Source: an uncultured Candidatus Poseidoniales archaeon
Lineage (GTDB): Archaea > Thermoplasmatota > Poseidoniia > Poseidoniales > Thalassarchaeaceae
Assembly: GCA_902573015.1 (NCBI GenBank)
Contig: CACGIE010000005.1
Span: forward strand, 1 to 53,960
Reading direction: 5' to 3'
Length of the DNA stretch: 53,960 nt
Of this stretch, positions 1-9,227 are shown piece after piece; positions within the stretch are counted from its first letter, which is position 1, and every line of letters starts with the position of its first letter. The notes under the pieces were generated by a model, which was not told the origin of the DNA, searched no databases, and worked only from the letters and a program-made list of their open reading frames with translations. Both the position numbers and the translations under genes were made by a program.

Positions 1-99
1 GTGACAGGTTCGTTTAACCGTTACCTGCTTAGGAAAATCAGTAGTTTACCTAAGAACGTTGAAGACAGAAACGTTCTCGGAGTTCTATGAGCTCTAACG

Positions 100-930
100 A
101 TGGAACTACCCCCCCCGGTATTGTTCGTTGTAGGAACGGCTGGTGCTGGAAAGAGTTCTTTGGTTACGTCTTTTCAAAGATGGGCTAGATTCTTGGACAT
201 CGATGTATTAGCGATTAATCTTGATCCTGGTGCTGAAAGGGTCCATTATGATCCAGAGTTTGATGTCAGGGACTTGATATCTCTTTCTGAGGTAATGGAC
301 GAGTACGACCTTGGACCCAATGGCGCCCAGATACTTGCAGCGGATCTAGTTGCTTCTCAGGCTGTGGAGGTTTTTGAGGAGATTGAGGGACTTGCAGGGG
401 ATATTATGATTGTAGATACGCCCGGACAAGTGGAGCTTTTTGCTTTCAGAGAGGCCTCTAGCCACTTAGTACATGTTCTTGGACAGGGTAGGGCATGCTT
501 GATTTTCCTTTTCGATCCTTTACTTTCCAGCACTCCGAGTGGGTTCGTTTCCCAGATGTTGCTATCTTCGATTGTTCACTTCAGACTAGGGCTACCGACA
601 GCTAACTTCCTTTCCAAATCTGATCTGTTGGAGCCTGAGACGCTAGAAAGAATCCTAGAGTGGGGGGATAACCTGGATGTTCTAGAAGCAGCGCTGTTTG
701 AAGAATCAGCAAATCAGAGCGGATTTGATGGAGGAGGGCAGAGAGCAGAGTTTGCGATAGGTCAACTTAGGATGATGCAGCATGCGGCAATTCAGCCTGG
801 GCTAATACCGATATCCAGTGAGATGGAAGAGGGCCAAGCAGATGTGTTGAGTTTCGCACAAAACATATTTGGAGGAATGTCAGATGCCAAGGATGGGTTT
901 GCAGGAGATATAGAACATGAGAGGCAGTGA
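100..930 (+). CDS. GPN-loop GTPase (PAB0955/XAB1 family)
   Basis: N-terminal P-loop GTAGAGKSS, GPN motif (DLGPNGAQ) and DTPGQVE Walker-B-like motif. 276 aa is typical for this family. Confidence 0.85.
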   Translation: MELPPPVLFVVGTAGAGKSSLVTSFQRWARFLDIDVLAINLDPGAERVHYDPEFDVRDLISLSEVMDEYDLGPNGAQILAADLVASQAVEVFEEIEGLAGDIMIVDTPGQVELFAFREASSHLVHVLGQGRACLIFLFDPLLSSTPSGFVSQMLLSSIVHFRLGLPTANFLSKSDLLEPETLERILEWGDNLDVLEAALFEESANQSGFDGGGQRAEFAIGQLRMMQHAAIQPGLIPISSEMEEGQADVLSFAQNIFGGMSDAKDGFAGDIEHERQ

Positions 931-1876
931 CTCGAAAACCGACCTACTAGCTATTGATGATTTATCGGATAGACTCTCGGAAATAATCGATTGGGCAATC
1001 AGGATAAAGAACGATGAAGAGGCACTGTATGACTTCAAACCTCTAGATGGAATGGCAATAGGATCGATTTACGAGAAGCCGTCAACAAGGACCAGGGTGT
1101 CATTCGAGATTGGCGTTAGTAGACTAGGCGGTCAGCCCCTCACACTACTTGCTGGAGACATCCAACTAGGAACTAGTGAGAGCATAGCAGATACTGCTGC
1201 TGTTCTCTCAAGATACATGGACTGCATTACCTACAGATGTTTTGGTCATGACGACGTTGCTGAACTAGCTAAACATTCTACGGTTCCAGTAATCAACGCC
1301 CTCTCCGATATGCATCACCCTTGTCAGGCTGCAGCTGATATGATGACCATAGTAGAAAACTCCGATAAAATGAACGGGCATGTTGCTTGGGTTGGAGATG
1401 GGAACAATGTGCTTCATGATTTGGTTCTTGGGTGTGCAACTCTGGGATATGACATCGTTTACGCAACACCACAGGGTTTTGAGCCAGACGATTCTGTGAT
1501 TTCAAGGGCTTTAGAAATAGCTAAGAAAACGGGATCGAAAATAGAAGGGGTTAATGATCCTAAAGATGCTGTTGAGGGGGCAGGAGCAATTTACACAGAC
1601 GTTTTTGTATCCATGGGAGAAGAGCATATGGATGGAAAGATGGGGTCATTCGATGGTTTTCAGGTGAACGAAGAATTGGTCTCGAATGCTGATGATGATT
1701 ATATCTTCATGCACTGCCTTCCTGCACACAGAGGAGAAGAAGTAACAGACGGAGTGATGGACTCTCCCAATAGCGTAGTTTTTGATCAAGCCGAAAACAG
1801 AATGTGGGCGCAAATGTCGATTCTAACCCTTCTGTGTAACGAAGTCGCTTGGCAGACCTACTGGGAATTGCGCTAG
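917..1876 (+). CDS. argF: Ornithine carbamoyltransferase
   Basis: Carbamoyl-phosphate motif STRTRVSFE, HPCQ, DGNNV and the OTCase-specific HCLPAHRGEE. The ATG at 917 overlaps the upstream stop by 14 nt. Confidence 0.85.
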   Translation: MRGSDSKTDLLAIDDLSDRLSEIIDWAIRIKNDEEALYDFKPLDGMAIGSIYEKPSTRTRVSFEIGVSRLGGQPLTLLAGDIQLGTSESIADTAAVLSRYMDCITYRCFGHDDVAELAKHSTVPVINALSDMHHPCQAAADMMTIVENSDKMNGHVAWVGDGNNVLHDLVLGCATLGYDIVYATPQGFEPDDSVISRALEIAKKTGSKIEGVNDPKDAVEGAGAIYTDVFVSMGEEHMDGKMGSFDGFQVNEELVSNADDDYIFMHCLPAHRGEEVTDGVMDSPNSVVFDQAENRMWAQMSILTLLCNEVAWQTYWELR

Positions 1877-2787
1877 CTTGGAATTAGCGATATCACTAGG
1901 AATGCAAACAAACAGAGTTGCATTGAGGTCTTGATTAGTTTCTGGGCGTTACGATGCTCCGATGCGAGGAGCTTTGGTTTGACCATCATTAGCGTAACTA
2001 CAGAGGGGATGACGAATGCTACGTGCCAATCAGTAAAAATCTGCAATATGGGCAAAAAGGGAGCAAGCATTGCAGCTAGAGCCGCTATAAGAACTAGAGC
2101 GGCTAATGCACTAGCCCTATCTTCCCCTGCCCTCATTGCAAAGGTGTCTCTTCCTTTATCTCCGTCCATATCTTCAATGTCCTTTACGATCTCCCGAGAA
2201 AAATTATACAGAAATCCCACAATAAAAACTGACCATGCTCTCTGATCCAAGGGATCAGAAACGCTAGCAGCACCAAAAATAATTACCAAGCCTACGGACA
2301 TACTGATAGCCAAATTTCCAGGCAGGCCTCTGTCCTTCATCCTAAGACTTAGTTTTGAGGGAGATTCATAGTTGAATAGAAGAAGAAGCGCAATCATCCA
2401 GATTGCAAGCGATGGAAGCCACCCGTCTAGGCCTAGTTCTCCACTATGAGAGACGTAGGCTGCGACTATCAGAAAAGATGCGGAGAGTAATGCAGTAGAT
2501 AGGATGCCCCTCCTAGCTGCGACTTCAGAAATCTCTCCCGAGGGGAGCGGTCTGTCTGGCCTGTTGATTCGATCTATCTCTATATCCATGTAGTCATTCA
2601 ATGCGTTCCAAGAGAACATGAATGTCATCACAGATAGGCAATGCAAGACCGTAATGATAGCGAAGTCTCCGCTAGGAAGTCCCTGAGAAGCTAAAATTGA
2701 CCCCAATGCCACCCCGAATATCCCCGTCACAGAGTTGCCAGATCTGAACAATTCTGCCCATGGAGCGATGGACCGGTACGTACTCAC
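1873..2787 (-). CDS. UbiA-family prenyltransferase, probably digeranylgeranylglyceryl phosphate synthase
   Basis: Polytopic membrane protein with the NALNDYMDIEIDRINRPDRPLPSG motif (NDxxDxxxD) and a second Asp-rich motif KDIEDMDGD. Confidence 0.75.
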   Translation of the reverse strand: MSTYRSIAPWAELFRSGNSVTGIFGVALGSILASQGLPSGDFAIITVLHCLSVMTFMFSWNALNDYMDIEIDRINRPDRPLPSGEISEVAARRGILSTALLSASFLIVAAYVSHSGELGLDGWLPSLAIWMIALLLLFNYESPSKLSLRMKDRGLPGNLAISMSVGLVIIFGAASVSDPLDQRAWSVFIVGFLYNFSREIVKDIEDMDGDKGRDTFAMRAGEDRASALAALVLIAALAAMLAPFLPILQIFTDWHVAFVIPSVVTLMMVKPKLLASEHRNAQKLIKTSMQLCLFAFLVISLIPS

Positions 2788-2827
2788 ACGTCATTGTCAA
2801 GGTGCCAAGACTTCATTCCTTCCCTGA

Positions 2828-3088
2828 CTAATGTTGAGCCACGGCAATTTCATCATGAGAGAGGCCCCACACACAGACGGTGTATACACTACCTCTGAAT
2901 GGACCCCTGATATGCCCGACTTTAGAGAACCGGGAATCCTTGGACATTATGTTTCCGACTTGGTTCATGGTTGCGCCCCACCTAAATCTCTCATTTAGAT
3001 GATCGAAAATCTCGACTGTATTCGCTGTTTCCTTTTCCTCTAGTAGGCAAATTACTTCCTCCCTTAGTCTGCGGGTCCTGGACATCAC
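2828..3088 (-). CDS. Small hypothetical protein (86 aa), possibly winged-helix-like
   Basis: Intact ORF whose start overlaps the stop of the upstream ORF by 4 nt (ATGA). I recognise no family. Confidence 0.4.
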   Translation of the reverse strand: MMSRTRRLREEVICLLEEKETANTVEIFDHLNERFRWGATMNQVGNIMSKDSRFSKVGHIRGPFRGSVYTVCVWGLSHDEIAVAQH

Positions 3089-3378
3089 GATACCTCCGCT
3101 TTCAGGGGCATTGTGGCCATCATCCTACTGTGCAGTCCTGCCCAACTGCTAGGACTGATCTCTATTGGGGCTGTTCTTGCCCTGAGGGGCTTCCATGTTT
3201 GATTGTCGGCTATGTTTCCCGAATTGTCGACAATCGATGTCATGTTTACAATCTCAGATTTGCTCTCGGTACGATTCAAACTGGCTAGTGGAACCACGCG
3301 ATGCGGTTCCGGCCTCTTCCTGTATCTCAGCACAGTACGCGTCATTTTCCTATTCATCATGATTGGGTGTCGGTTCAT
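3085..3378 (-). CDS. Small hypothetical protein (97 aa) with a basic N-terminus
   Basis: ORF with a 4-nt overlap to 2828..3088, which suggests a two-gene operon. No recognisable motif. Confidence 0.3.
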   Translation of the reverse strand: MNRHPIMMNRKMTRTVLRYRKRPEPHRVVPLASLNRTESKSEIVNMTSIVDNSGNIADNQTWKPLRARTAPIEISPSSWAGLHSRMMATMPLKAEVS

Positions 3379-3485
3379 TTGGATATTAACTGAGGGAAAA
3401 GAGGCGATAGTGAAAGTGAAAGTGAAATTTTACTTATCTCCAGTATGCAACCTTTTGAAAAGAGGTCGCCTTTCGATGGATTGCC

Positions 3486-3563
3486 GCTCGTGTGGTGTAG
3501 TTCGGTCCATCATGTCGGACTCTCGATCCGTCGACCCGGGTTCAAATCCCGGCACGAGCACCA
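3486..3563 (+). tRNA. tRNA-Glu (anticodon CUC), CCA encoded
   Basis: Cloverleaf traced by eye. Acceptor GCTCGTG/CACGAGC, anticodon loop CTCTCGA (CTC), T-arm CCGGG-TTCAAAT-CCCGG, discriminator A plus CCA. The GUGGUGUAGU...AUCAU D-arm is typical of archaeal tRNA-Glu. Confidence 0.85.
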
Positions 3564-3623
3564 AAATCTTCCGATTGACGCATTACAGTCATAAGTCCAC
3601 CTTCGTTGGAGTAGTAAGGTCAT

Positions 3624-4670
3624 ATGCGTATCGAACGTGATCTGAAGCTTACGTTCGATGATGTATTAATTCGGCCGAAGAGGAGTACCTTGATCTCTAG
3701 ATCTGATGTAAACCTGGTACGAGAGTTCACTTTCAGGCATACCAAAGAAACCTGGAATGGAGTGCCAATAGTCGCTGCAAATATGGATACGACTGGGCTG
3801 TTTTCAATTGCAGAAATTCTACAGGGGCACAAAATGCTGACCTGTACCCAGAAGTTCTACTCTACGAAGGAGTTCTCCGATGCTTGGGAGAATGGAGTTA
3901 ATTCTGAGTTCGTTGCGGTTACTTGCGGATCCACGGATGAGAGTTTCGAATTATTGGAGCGGAAAATGGCTACCAACAAGGGTCTGAAGATGATATGCAT
4001 TGATGTAGCAAATGGATATCGGGAAGTCTTCCTTAACTTCGTGAAGAAGGTTAGGGGAGCATTCCCAGAAAAGATAATCATTGCTGGTAACGTTGCTACT
4101 AGAGAGATGACAGAAGCCCTAATTCTAGCCGGTGCAGATATTGTCAAGGTTGGAATCGGGCCCGGCTCGGTTTGCACGACTAGAAAGGTCGCTGGAGTGG
4201 GTTATCCGCAACTTTCTGCTATTTCGGAGTGTGCTGATGCTGCTCATGGTCTGAATGGTCACGTCATGTCAGATGGGGGTTGCTCTTCGCCAGGAGATGT
4301 TGCAAAGGCTTTCGCTGCAGGAGCAGATTTTGTCATGCTCGGAGGTATGTTAGCGGGTCATGATGAGTCAGGGGGAGAATTGATCGAAGATAGTGGGGGT
4401 TCGTACAAGTCGTTCTACGGGATGTCCTCGGCCAAGGCAATGGAGACGCACTATGGGGAGATAGCCGATCACAGGGCTCCAGAGGGTAAAGAGGTCAGGG
4501 TCCCCTACAGAGGACCGTTGGAGGTTACTGTTCAGTCGATTCTAGGGGGTTTAAGGTCCGCTTGTTCCTATGTGGGCGCTAGGAGGATAAAGGACCTACC
4601 AAAGTGCACTACCTTCATCCGAGTGAGTATGACTACGAATGAGGTCTTTCAGAAGTTCAACGTAGACTAG
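3624..4670 (+). CDS. guaC: GMP reductase (IMPDH/GMPR family, no CBS insert)
   Basis: The N-terminus [28 protein letters not shown] closely matches bacterial GuaC. Active-site loop [11 protein letters not shown]. 348 aa matches GuaC (about 347 aa). Confidence 0.85.
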   Translation: MRIERDLKLTFDDVLIRPKRSTLISRSDVNLVREFTFRHTKETWNGVPIVAANMDTTGLFSIAEILQGHKMLTCTQKFYSTKEFSDAWENGVNSEFVAVTCGSTDESFELLERKMATNKGLKMICIDVANGYREVFLNFVKKVRGAFPEKIIIAGNVATREMTEALILAGADIVKVGIGPGSVCTTRKVAGVGYPQLSAISECADAAHGLNGHVMSDGGCSSPGDVAKAFAAGADFVMLGGMLAGHDESGGELIEDSGGSYKSFYGMSSAKAMETHYGEIADHRAPEGKEVRVPYRGPLEVTVQSILGGLRSACSYVGARRIKDLPKCTTFIRVSMTTNEVFQKFNVD

Positions 4671-4672
4671 AG

Positions 4673-7600
4673 TCAATCGTAGTTATTGCACAGTTCTCCT
4701 TGAGAGGGGAAGCTGTTTGGGTCCTTAGGATTGGTATTCCATCTACTCTCGCACTTGTTAACGAAGCCATCGCCGTCAGAGTCTATCATTGAGTCAGAAG
4801 GATCCATTGGATCGTAACCGAAGTAGTACTCCCATCCAGACCACATGTCGTCGTCATCTTGGTCCTGGTGGTATACCTCAGACCCGTCATTCCATTTATC
4901 GCCGTCTGTATCGTTGTTTATCGGGCTGGTTCCATTCTCATACTCTTCGAAGTTGGTGTAGTTCTCCAGGTCATCGTAGAATGCAGAGCCGGGGCCGTAA
5001 GGATCTATGTGGCACTCGAAGTCCTGAGGATTATCCCAACCAGGACAGTACCTGTACATCAGAATTGTTCGGTTTAACCCGTCATTGTCCATATCCTCGT
5101 TACCATCGTTGATTCCATCCAAGTCTGAGTCGGGCATTCTTGGATCCATGGGGCCACGTGATCCGAGTGCGTTGAGAGTGTTGTTATCTACGAGGCCCAG
5201 TTCTATTGCCTCCTCAGAGAACCTAACCTCCCAACCATCGGGAAGCTTGTCCCCATCTGAGTCATGGTCTACTGGATTGGTGTCCCACCTGTCCGGAGCC
5301 TCGAGTGAGTTTTGTAGAGTGTCGTTATCGATATCGTAGATAGAGTCCACCGGTGAACCGAAGGAAGGGTCTAGGGCCCACCTTCCTTCATCTGGGATAT
5401 TGAATCCAGACAGATTCATCTCATACAGGAAGTAGTGAGGATCGAGAATCCCGTCATCATTTCTATCGCCTGATGAGGCGAATCCGGAGACGTAGTTCAC
5501 CCATATCCAACCTCCTGGTCCCTTTCCACACTCCATCATTGACTCACAGCCTGGCGGTAGCCAGTTGGTCTTGGAAATCCAAAGGCTGTGACTGTTGGTA
5601 TTCTCTTGGACAGAGAAAACCTGCATCTCCCAACCATCTGGTTGACCGTCGCCGTCGGTGTCGTTCAGGAGTGGATTGGTGGCGCTCTGCCACGGTCGTG
5701 GGACGAATAGGACTTCGTCTCCATCGTTCAGGCCATCGTTATCTGTATCTGCATTATTCCCGTGGGTGATGTACAGATCCTGCCCATCGATGACCTCTTC
5801 CCCATCCTCCAATCCGTCGTTGTCGGTGTCAAACGCGGATGCGTTCGTGAAGTAGTAGACCAAGGTCCCATTGTCGTACCATGGGTGCCCGTCAACGGCT
5901 TCCCTGTAGTCCTCCAGACCATCATTATCGGTATCCTTGTCCGTGGCATTTGTGAATGTCTCGTAGTATTCTACCGAGTCTGAAAGTCCGTCTCGATCTG
6001 TGTCGAAAACACCCGGATCTGATCTAACTATGACTTCACGGACCCCGAAGTCTACGATTCGAATCTTCCAGCCAATCACCTCAATCCCGTCGATTAGCCC
6101 GTCGGCGTCAGTATCCGAATCGAGTGGGTCTGTGGACCTGCCATCAACCACCCCGTCTCCGTCTCTATCCCTAGCATTGTACTCGTCTAGATTAGTGAAC
6201 CTCTCATGCTGCTCCACGACGGTGACAAGTTCCTGGAGCCTGCTTCTTACTTCGTCATCGACCTCTACATGAATATGGTAGACCCACCCCGGGGTATCGG
6301 TCTTAACTGGGATATTGACATAGTTACTATCAACTACAGTTCGGACCCACAAAATCGTGTTATTGGCTTGTACGTACTGCCCGGGCACTACATCGATCCT
6401 CTCTATTGTAGTGGCCCCAATCATATCCTTGTAGGTGACCGCCCCGTCCCCATCAGCATCGTAACCATCGAAATCTGGATCTTCATCGGCATTGCTTCCA
6501 TCATTGGGGTGTATTCCACTTTGGAACTCCCACCCATCGGGCATTCCGTCCTGATCAGTATCTGGATCAAGTGGGTTGGTGAAGTTGGATGGGCCCCAGT
6601 CGTAAGAAACAGAGAATTCCTCGACGTTGTTCAGCCCGTCTCCATCGTTGTCGCCATAAGCGTCGGTTGAATTGGCAGGGTTCAGGAACCAATTGTAGTC
6701 ATCGTTGAATGAATAGCAGAATTCGAATCCGTCCGGCATCCCATCTCCGTCTGTATCCCAATCCCCCGGGCCATTCAGCCTGCCATCTCCATCCATATCC
6801 TCATTGAACCAGTTCGGATTATCCAAGGGGTTCTTCTTCTGTAGGGTGGTTTGAACTCCTCCGTTTGGTAGCTCTTGGGCCGTGAAAACTATCTCCGATG
6901 CAAACGCCCTCAGGTGAGGGGCTGGAAGGGTTAGAGTTCCGAAGGTAGGCCTACCGCAGAAGGACTTCAGATCGACAAGGTGAGTGGATATCTCGACCAA
7001 GTCGTCAATCAAATCTCCATCGCTGTCTGCGGCACGAGGATTTGTGTCATATTTTTCTTCGACGAAGTTCCTGAGAGTATCTGGCTCTGGTTGCTCCAAA
7101 TCTAGTATGGCATCGCAGGAGTGTCCGAACTGAGATCCCATCTCCTCCCACAAATCGTCCCCAATGTCCAGCTTGATCTCGGCCTTGACAGAAGGGGTCA
7201 GGAGAGGGCAGTTCCAGTTTCCATCTAGGGGGTCAAGTAGAACGACTATTCCGGAGGGAGTGGTAACTTCGTGCGTGTGCTCTGACTCCCATCGGTCATT
7301 CAGACCGTCCCCATCGGTATCCTTCAGGCGGGGGTTTGTGCCGAGCTCAGCCTCGTCTAGATTAGTCAAACCATCCCGGTCCGGATCGCCAAGTGGACCG
7401 TTGTCTGGGTTTGGGAAGGTCTCATTCTGCTCCCCTGTTTCCCTCTCGGTGTCTACTGATGCAACTGGAATATCCTCGCATTCTACTTCGGTGAGCCCTT
7501 CCCCGATGGTGATACAAGGTTCCCCCGTATCCAATGGATCTAGTCCGTTCTCTATTTCCCAGCCATCATCGAGCCCATCTCCGTCCGTATCTGCCTCTTG

Positions 7601-7885
7601 CCAATTAGTGCCGTATAAGGTGCTCTCCATCCTATCTGCGATTCCATCTCCGTCCCAATCACATCCAATAGTTGGGACGTCAGGAGGGCATACTCTCTGG
7701 TTCCCCTCTTTTAATTCCAAATCTTCCACCGCTGATTCGAATCCCCCTCTATCGGTACTAGAAAGGCCTGCACCTACAACTGTGTATAGACCTGCCAAGC
7801 AGAGTGTTGCGGTAATGGCGGCAACTGCATATTGGTTGTGAGTCAAAGCCATCAGAATACCCCGCCCTCTTAGAGGGCGCTTCAT
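4673..7885 (-). CDS. Secreted calcium-binding protein with many thrombospondin type-3-like repeats (1070 aa)
   Basis: N-terminal signal/anchor (AVAAITATLCLAGLYTVVGA). More than 20 DxDxDGxxDxxE units, e.g. DTDGDGLDDGWE, DTDGDGLNDRWE, DTDQDGMPDGWE. Confidence 0.85.
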   Translation of the reverse strand: MKRPLRGRGILMALTHNQYAVAAITATLCLAGLYTVVGAGLSSTDRGGFESAVEDLELKEGNQRVCPPDVPTIGCDWDGDGIADRMESTLYGTNWQEADTDGDGLDDGWEIENGLDPLDTGEPCITIGEGLTEVECEDIPVASVDTERETGEQNETFPNPDNGPLGDPDRDGLTNLDEAELGTNPRLKDTDGDGLNDRWESEHTHEVTTPSGIVVLLDPLDGNWNCPLLTPSVKAEIKLDIGDDLWEEMGSQFGHSCDAILDLEQPEPDTLRNFVEEKYDTNPRAADSDGDLIDDLVEISTHLVDLKSFCGRPTFGTLTLPAPHLRAFASEIVFTAQELPNGGVQTTLQKKNPLDNPNWFNEDMDGDGRLNGPGDWDTDGDGMPDGFEFCYSFNDDYNWFLNPANSTDAYGDNDGDGLNNVEEFSVSYDWGPSNFTNPLDPDTDQDGMPDGWEFQSGIHPNDGSNADEDPDFDGYDADGDGAVTYKDMIGATTIERIDVVPGQYVQANNTILWVRTVVDSNYVNIPVKTDTPGWVYHIHVEVDDEVRSRLQELVTVVEQHERFTNLDEYNARDRDGDGVVDGRSTDPLDSDTDADGLIDGIEVIGWKIRIVDFGVREVIVRSDPGVFDTDRDGLSDSVEYYETFTNATDKDTDNDGLEDYREAVDGHPWYDNGTLVYYFTNASAFDTDNDGLEDGEEVIDGQDLYITHGNNADTDNDGLNDGDEVLFVPRPWQSATNPLLNDTDGDGQPDGWEMQVFSVQENTNSHSLWISKTNWLPPGCESMMECGKGPGGWIWVNYVSGFASSGDRNDDGILDPHYFLYEMNLSGFNIPDEGRWALDPSFGSPVDSIYDIDNDTLQNSLEAPDRWDTNPVDHDSDGDKLPDGWEVRFSEEAIELGLVDNNTLNALGSRGPMDPRMPDSDLDGINDGNEDMDNDGLNRTILMYRYCPGWDNPQDFECHIDPYGPGSAFYDDLENYTNFEEYENGTSPINNDTDGDKWNDGSEVYHQDQDDDDMWSGWEYYFGYDPMDPSDSMIDSDGDGFVNKCESRWNTNPKDPNSFPSQGELCNNYD

Positions 7886-7967
7886 GCAAATTGGGTTCGG
7901 CTATAATGATTGACGGGATTTGACCTGTGAAGAAATTACAGAAAAGGCTGCATTGAGTACGAAGGAC

Positions 7968-9227
7968 TCAACGCCCATTCAGAAAAGACTCAATTCTATC
8001 GAATGCCTCTGAAAGTAATTCAACTTCTGGGAGGCAGACCATTCTGAAGTGCCCCTTCCCCATCTCTGGAGAGAATCCGGACCCGTGGACTAGCAGGACG
8101 TGTTTCTCGTGGAGCAGGTCCAATACGAATCTCTTGTCGTCAGCAGAGTGAATGGGATCAGTAATTTTTACGAACAGGTAGAATGCCCCTCCAGGAGCCT
8201 GACATTCTAGACCCTGAATGGAATTTATCCTCTCCAGGGAGTACTCTAGCCTCCTTCTTATTTTTTCACGGTGTCCATCCATCCAATCGGATCCCTCGGA
8301 TAGTCCTGCGAGATAGCCGTACTGTGCTGGAGTGGATGCACAGAGGCGACTCCTTAGAAGTCTCTCAGCCCCATCCCTGACATTGGAGAGGACTCCCGAG
8401 GGATCATGCCATGCCATGTATCCGATTCTCCACCCGGGTGCGAAATATACCTTCGAGACGCCATTAAGGACAATCACCGGTACATCCTGCGATCGTGACG
8501 CCAAAGAGACGAAGTTGCCCGAGAAGTCAAGGCCATCGTATATCTCGTCAGAGATGATGGTGCACCTTGGAAAGTCACGTGCTAATGAGATAAAGTCATC
8601 AATCTCCTGCTCAGTCGGGACGTTTCCAGTTGGATTGTTCGGATTTATGAGGACCAGGAGTCTGACAGATTCGTCCATCTTGGAGCGGATATCGTTGATG
8701 TCTATCTTCCAACCATCCTGTGAATTCAACTTGTACTCTATGGTCTTCGCACCATACATCTGCGGATATGCCATGTATGGGGGGTAGTGGGGGCCCGGTG
8801 CCAGTACAGTGTCACCCGGCTCGAGAAATGCAGCGAAGATAATTTGCAGTGCCTCGGTAACGCCGTGTGTCACGTACACATCGTCTTCTGAGCATTTCCA
8901 ACCCTTATTTTTCTCTGCTGAGGCGATTGCCCTCCTTAGCGAGGAAATACCATACGAGGGGCCGTAACCATTGTCTTGCGAGTCGAGCGCTCTCTTGTAA
9001 GCCTCAATCATGTGACTTGGGGTCTGAAGTCCTTCGTACGCAAGAGGATCTCCGATATTTAGGCGGATTATTTCGTGACCTTGTTTCTCGAGTTCAATTG
9101 CAGGGACGACTACGTCTCGAATTGCGTACTCTATGGCCGCTGCGCGTTTAGAGGCTTCAATCGGATTAAACACATTCTCACAGTCCAAGAATTTCACGTG
9201 CCGAATCGAGAGCCTGGGGGATTCCAT
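7968..9227 (-). CDS. Class I/II pyridoxal-phosphate aminotransferase (alanine/aspartate aminotransferase-like)
   Basis: NPNNPTG motif and the PLP-lysine region SKVYFAPGWRIGY. 419 aa. The start overlaps the alaS 3' end. Confidence 0.85.
   Translation of the reverse strand: MESPRLSIRHVKFLDCENVFNPIEASKRAAAIEYAIRDVVVPAIELEKQGHEIIRLNIGDPLAYEGLQTPSHMIEAYKRALDSQDNGYGPSYGISSLRRAIASAEKNKGWKCSEDDVYVTHGVTEALQIIFAAFLEPGDTVLAPGPHYPPYMAYPQMYGAKTIEYKLNSQDGWKIDINDIRSKMDESVRLLVLINPNNPTGNVPTEQEIDDFISLARDFPRCTIISDEIYDGLDFSGNFVSLASRSQDVPVIVLNGVSKVYFAPGWRIGYMAWHDPSGVLSNVRDGAERLLRSRLCASTPAQYGYLAGLSEGSDWMDGHREKIRRRLEYSLERINSIQGLECQAPGGAFYLFVKITDPIHSADDKRFVLDLLHEKHVLLVHGSGFSPEMGKGHFRMVCLPEVELLSEAFDRIESFLNGR

Noticed and set aside
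1-90. Open frame from the window edge to a TGA at 88-90 (...VTGSFNRYLLRKISSLPKNVEDRNVLGVL*), possibly the 3' end of an upstream plus-strand gene
   Set aside because: Only 29 codons are visible and there is no recognisable motif. I cannot tell it apart from non-coding sequence.
3410-3427. Three tandem GTGAAA hexamers upstream of tRNA-Glu
   Set aside because: Too short and isolated to be a CRISPR array or a meaningful satellite. It is probably chance or part of the tRNA promoter region. I saw no CRISPR-like repeat-spacer structure anywhere in the window.
3203-3640. 145-aa plus-strand ORF spanning the tRNA-Glu gene
   Set aside because: It reads straight through a canonical tRNA cloverleaf (3486-3563) and overlaps the minus-strand small ORFs. 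I consider it a spurious ORF.
2828-4670. Possible integrated mobile element at tRNA-Glu
   Set aside because: I could find no integrase, recombinase or transposase, and no direct repeat of the tRNA 3' half by eye. It is kept only as a low-interest HGT note, not as a mobile-element feature.
7164-7841. 225-aa plus-strand ORF, together with many other 60-150-aa ORFs (e.g. 4789-5112, 5473-5769, 6206-6670), antisense to the TSP3-repeat gene
   Set aside because: They are Ser/Pro-rich low-complexity translations produced by reading GAY/GGN-rich repeat codons backwards. They have no motifs and lie fully inside a well-supported gene on the other strand. The same reasoning applies to antisense ORFs inside 14526-21746, 33344-38974 and 51878-53960.
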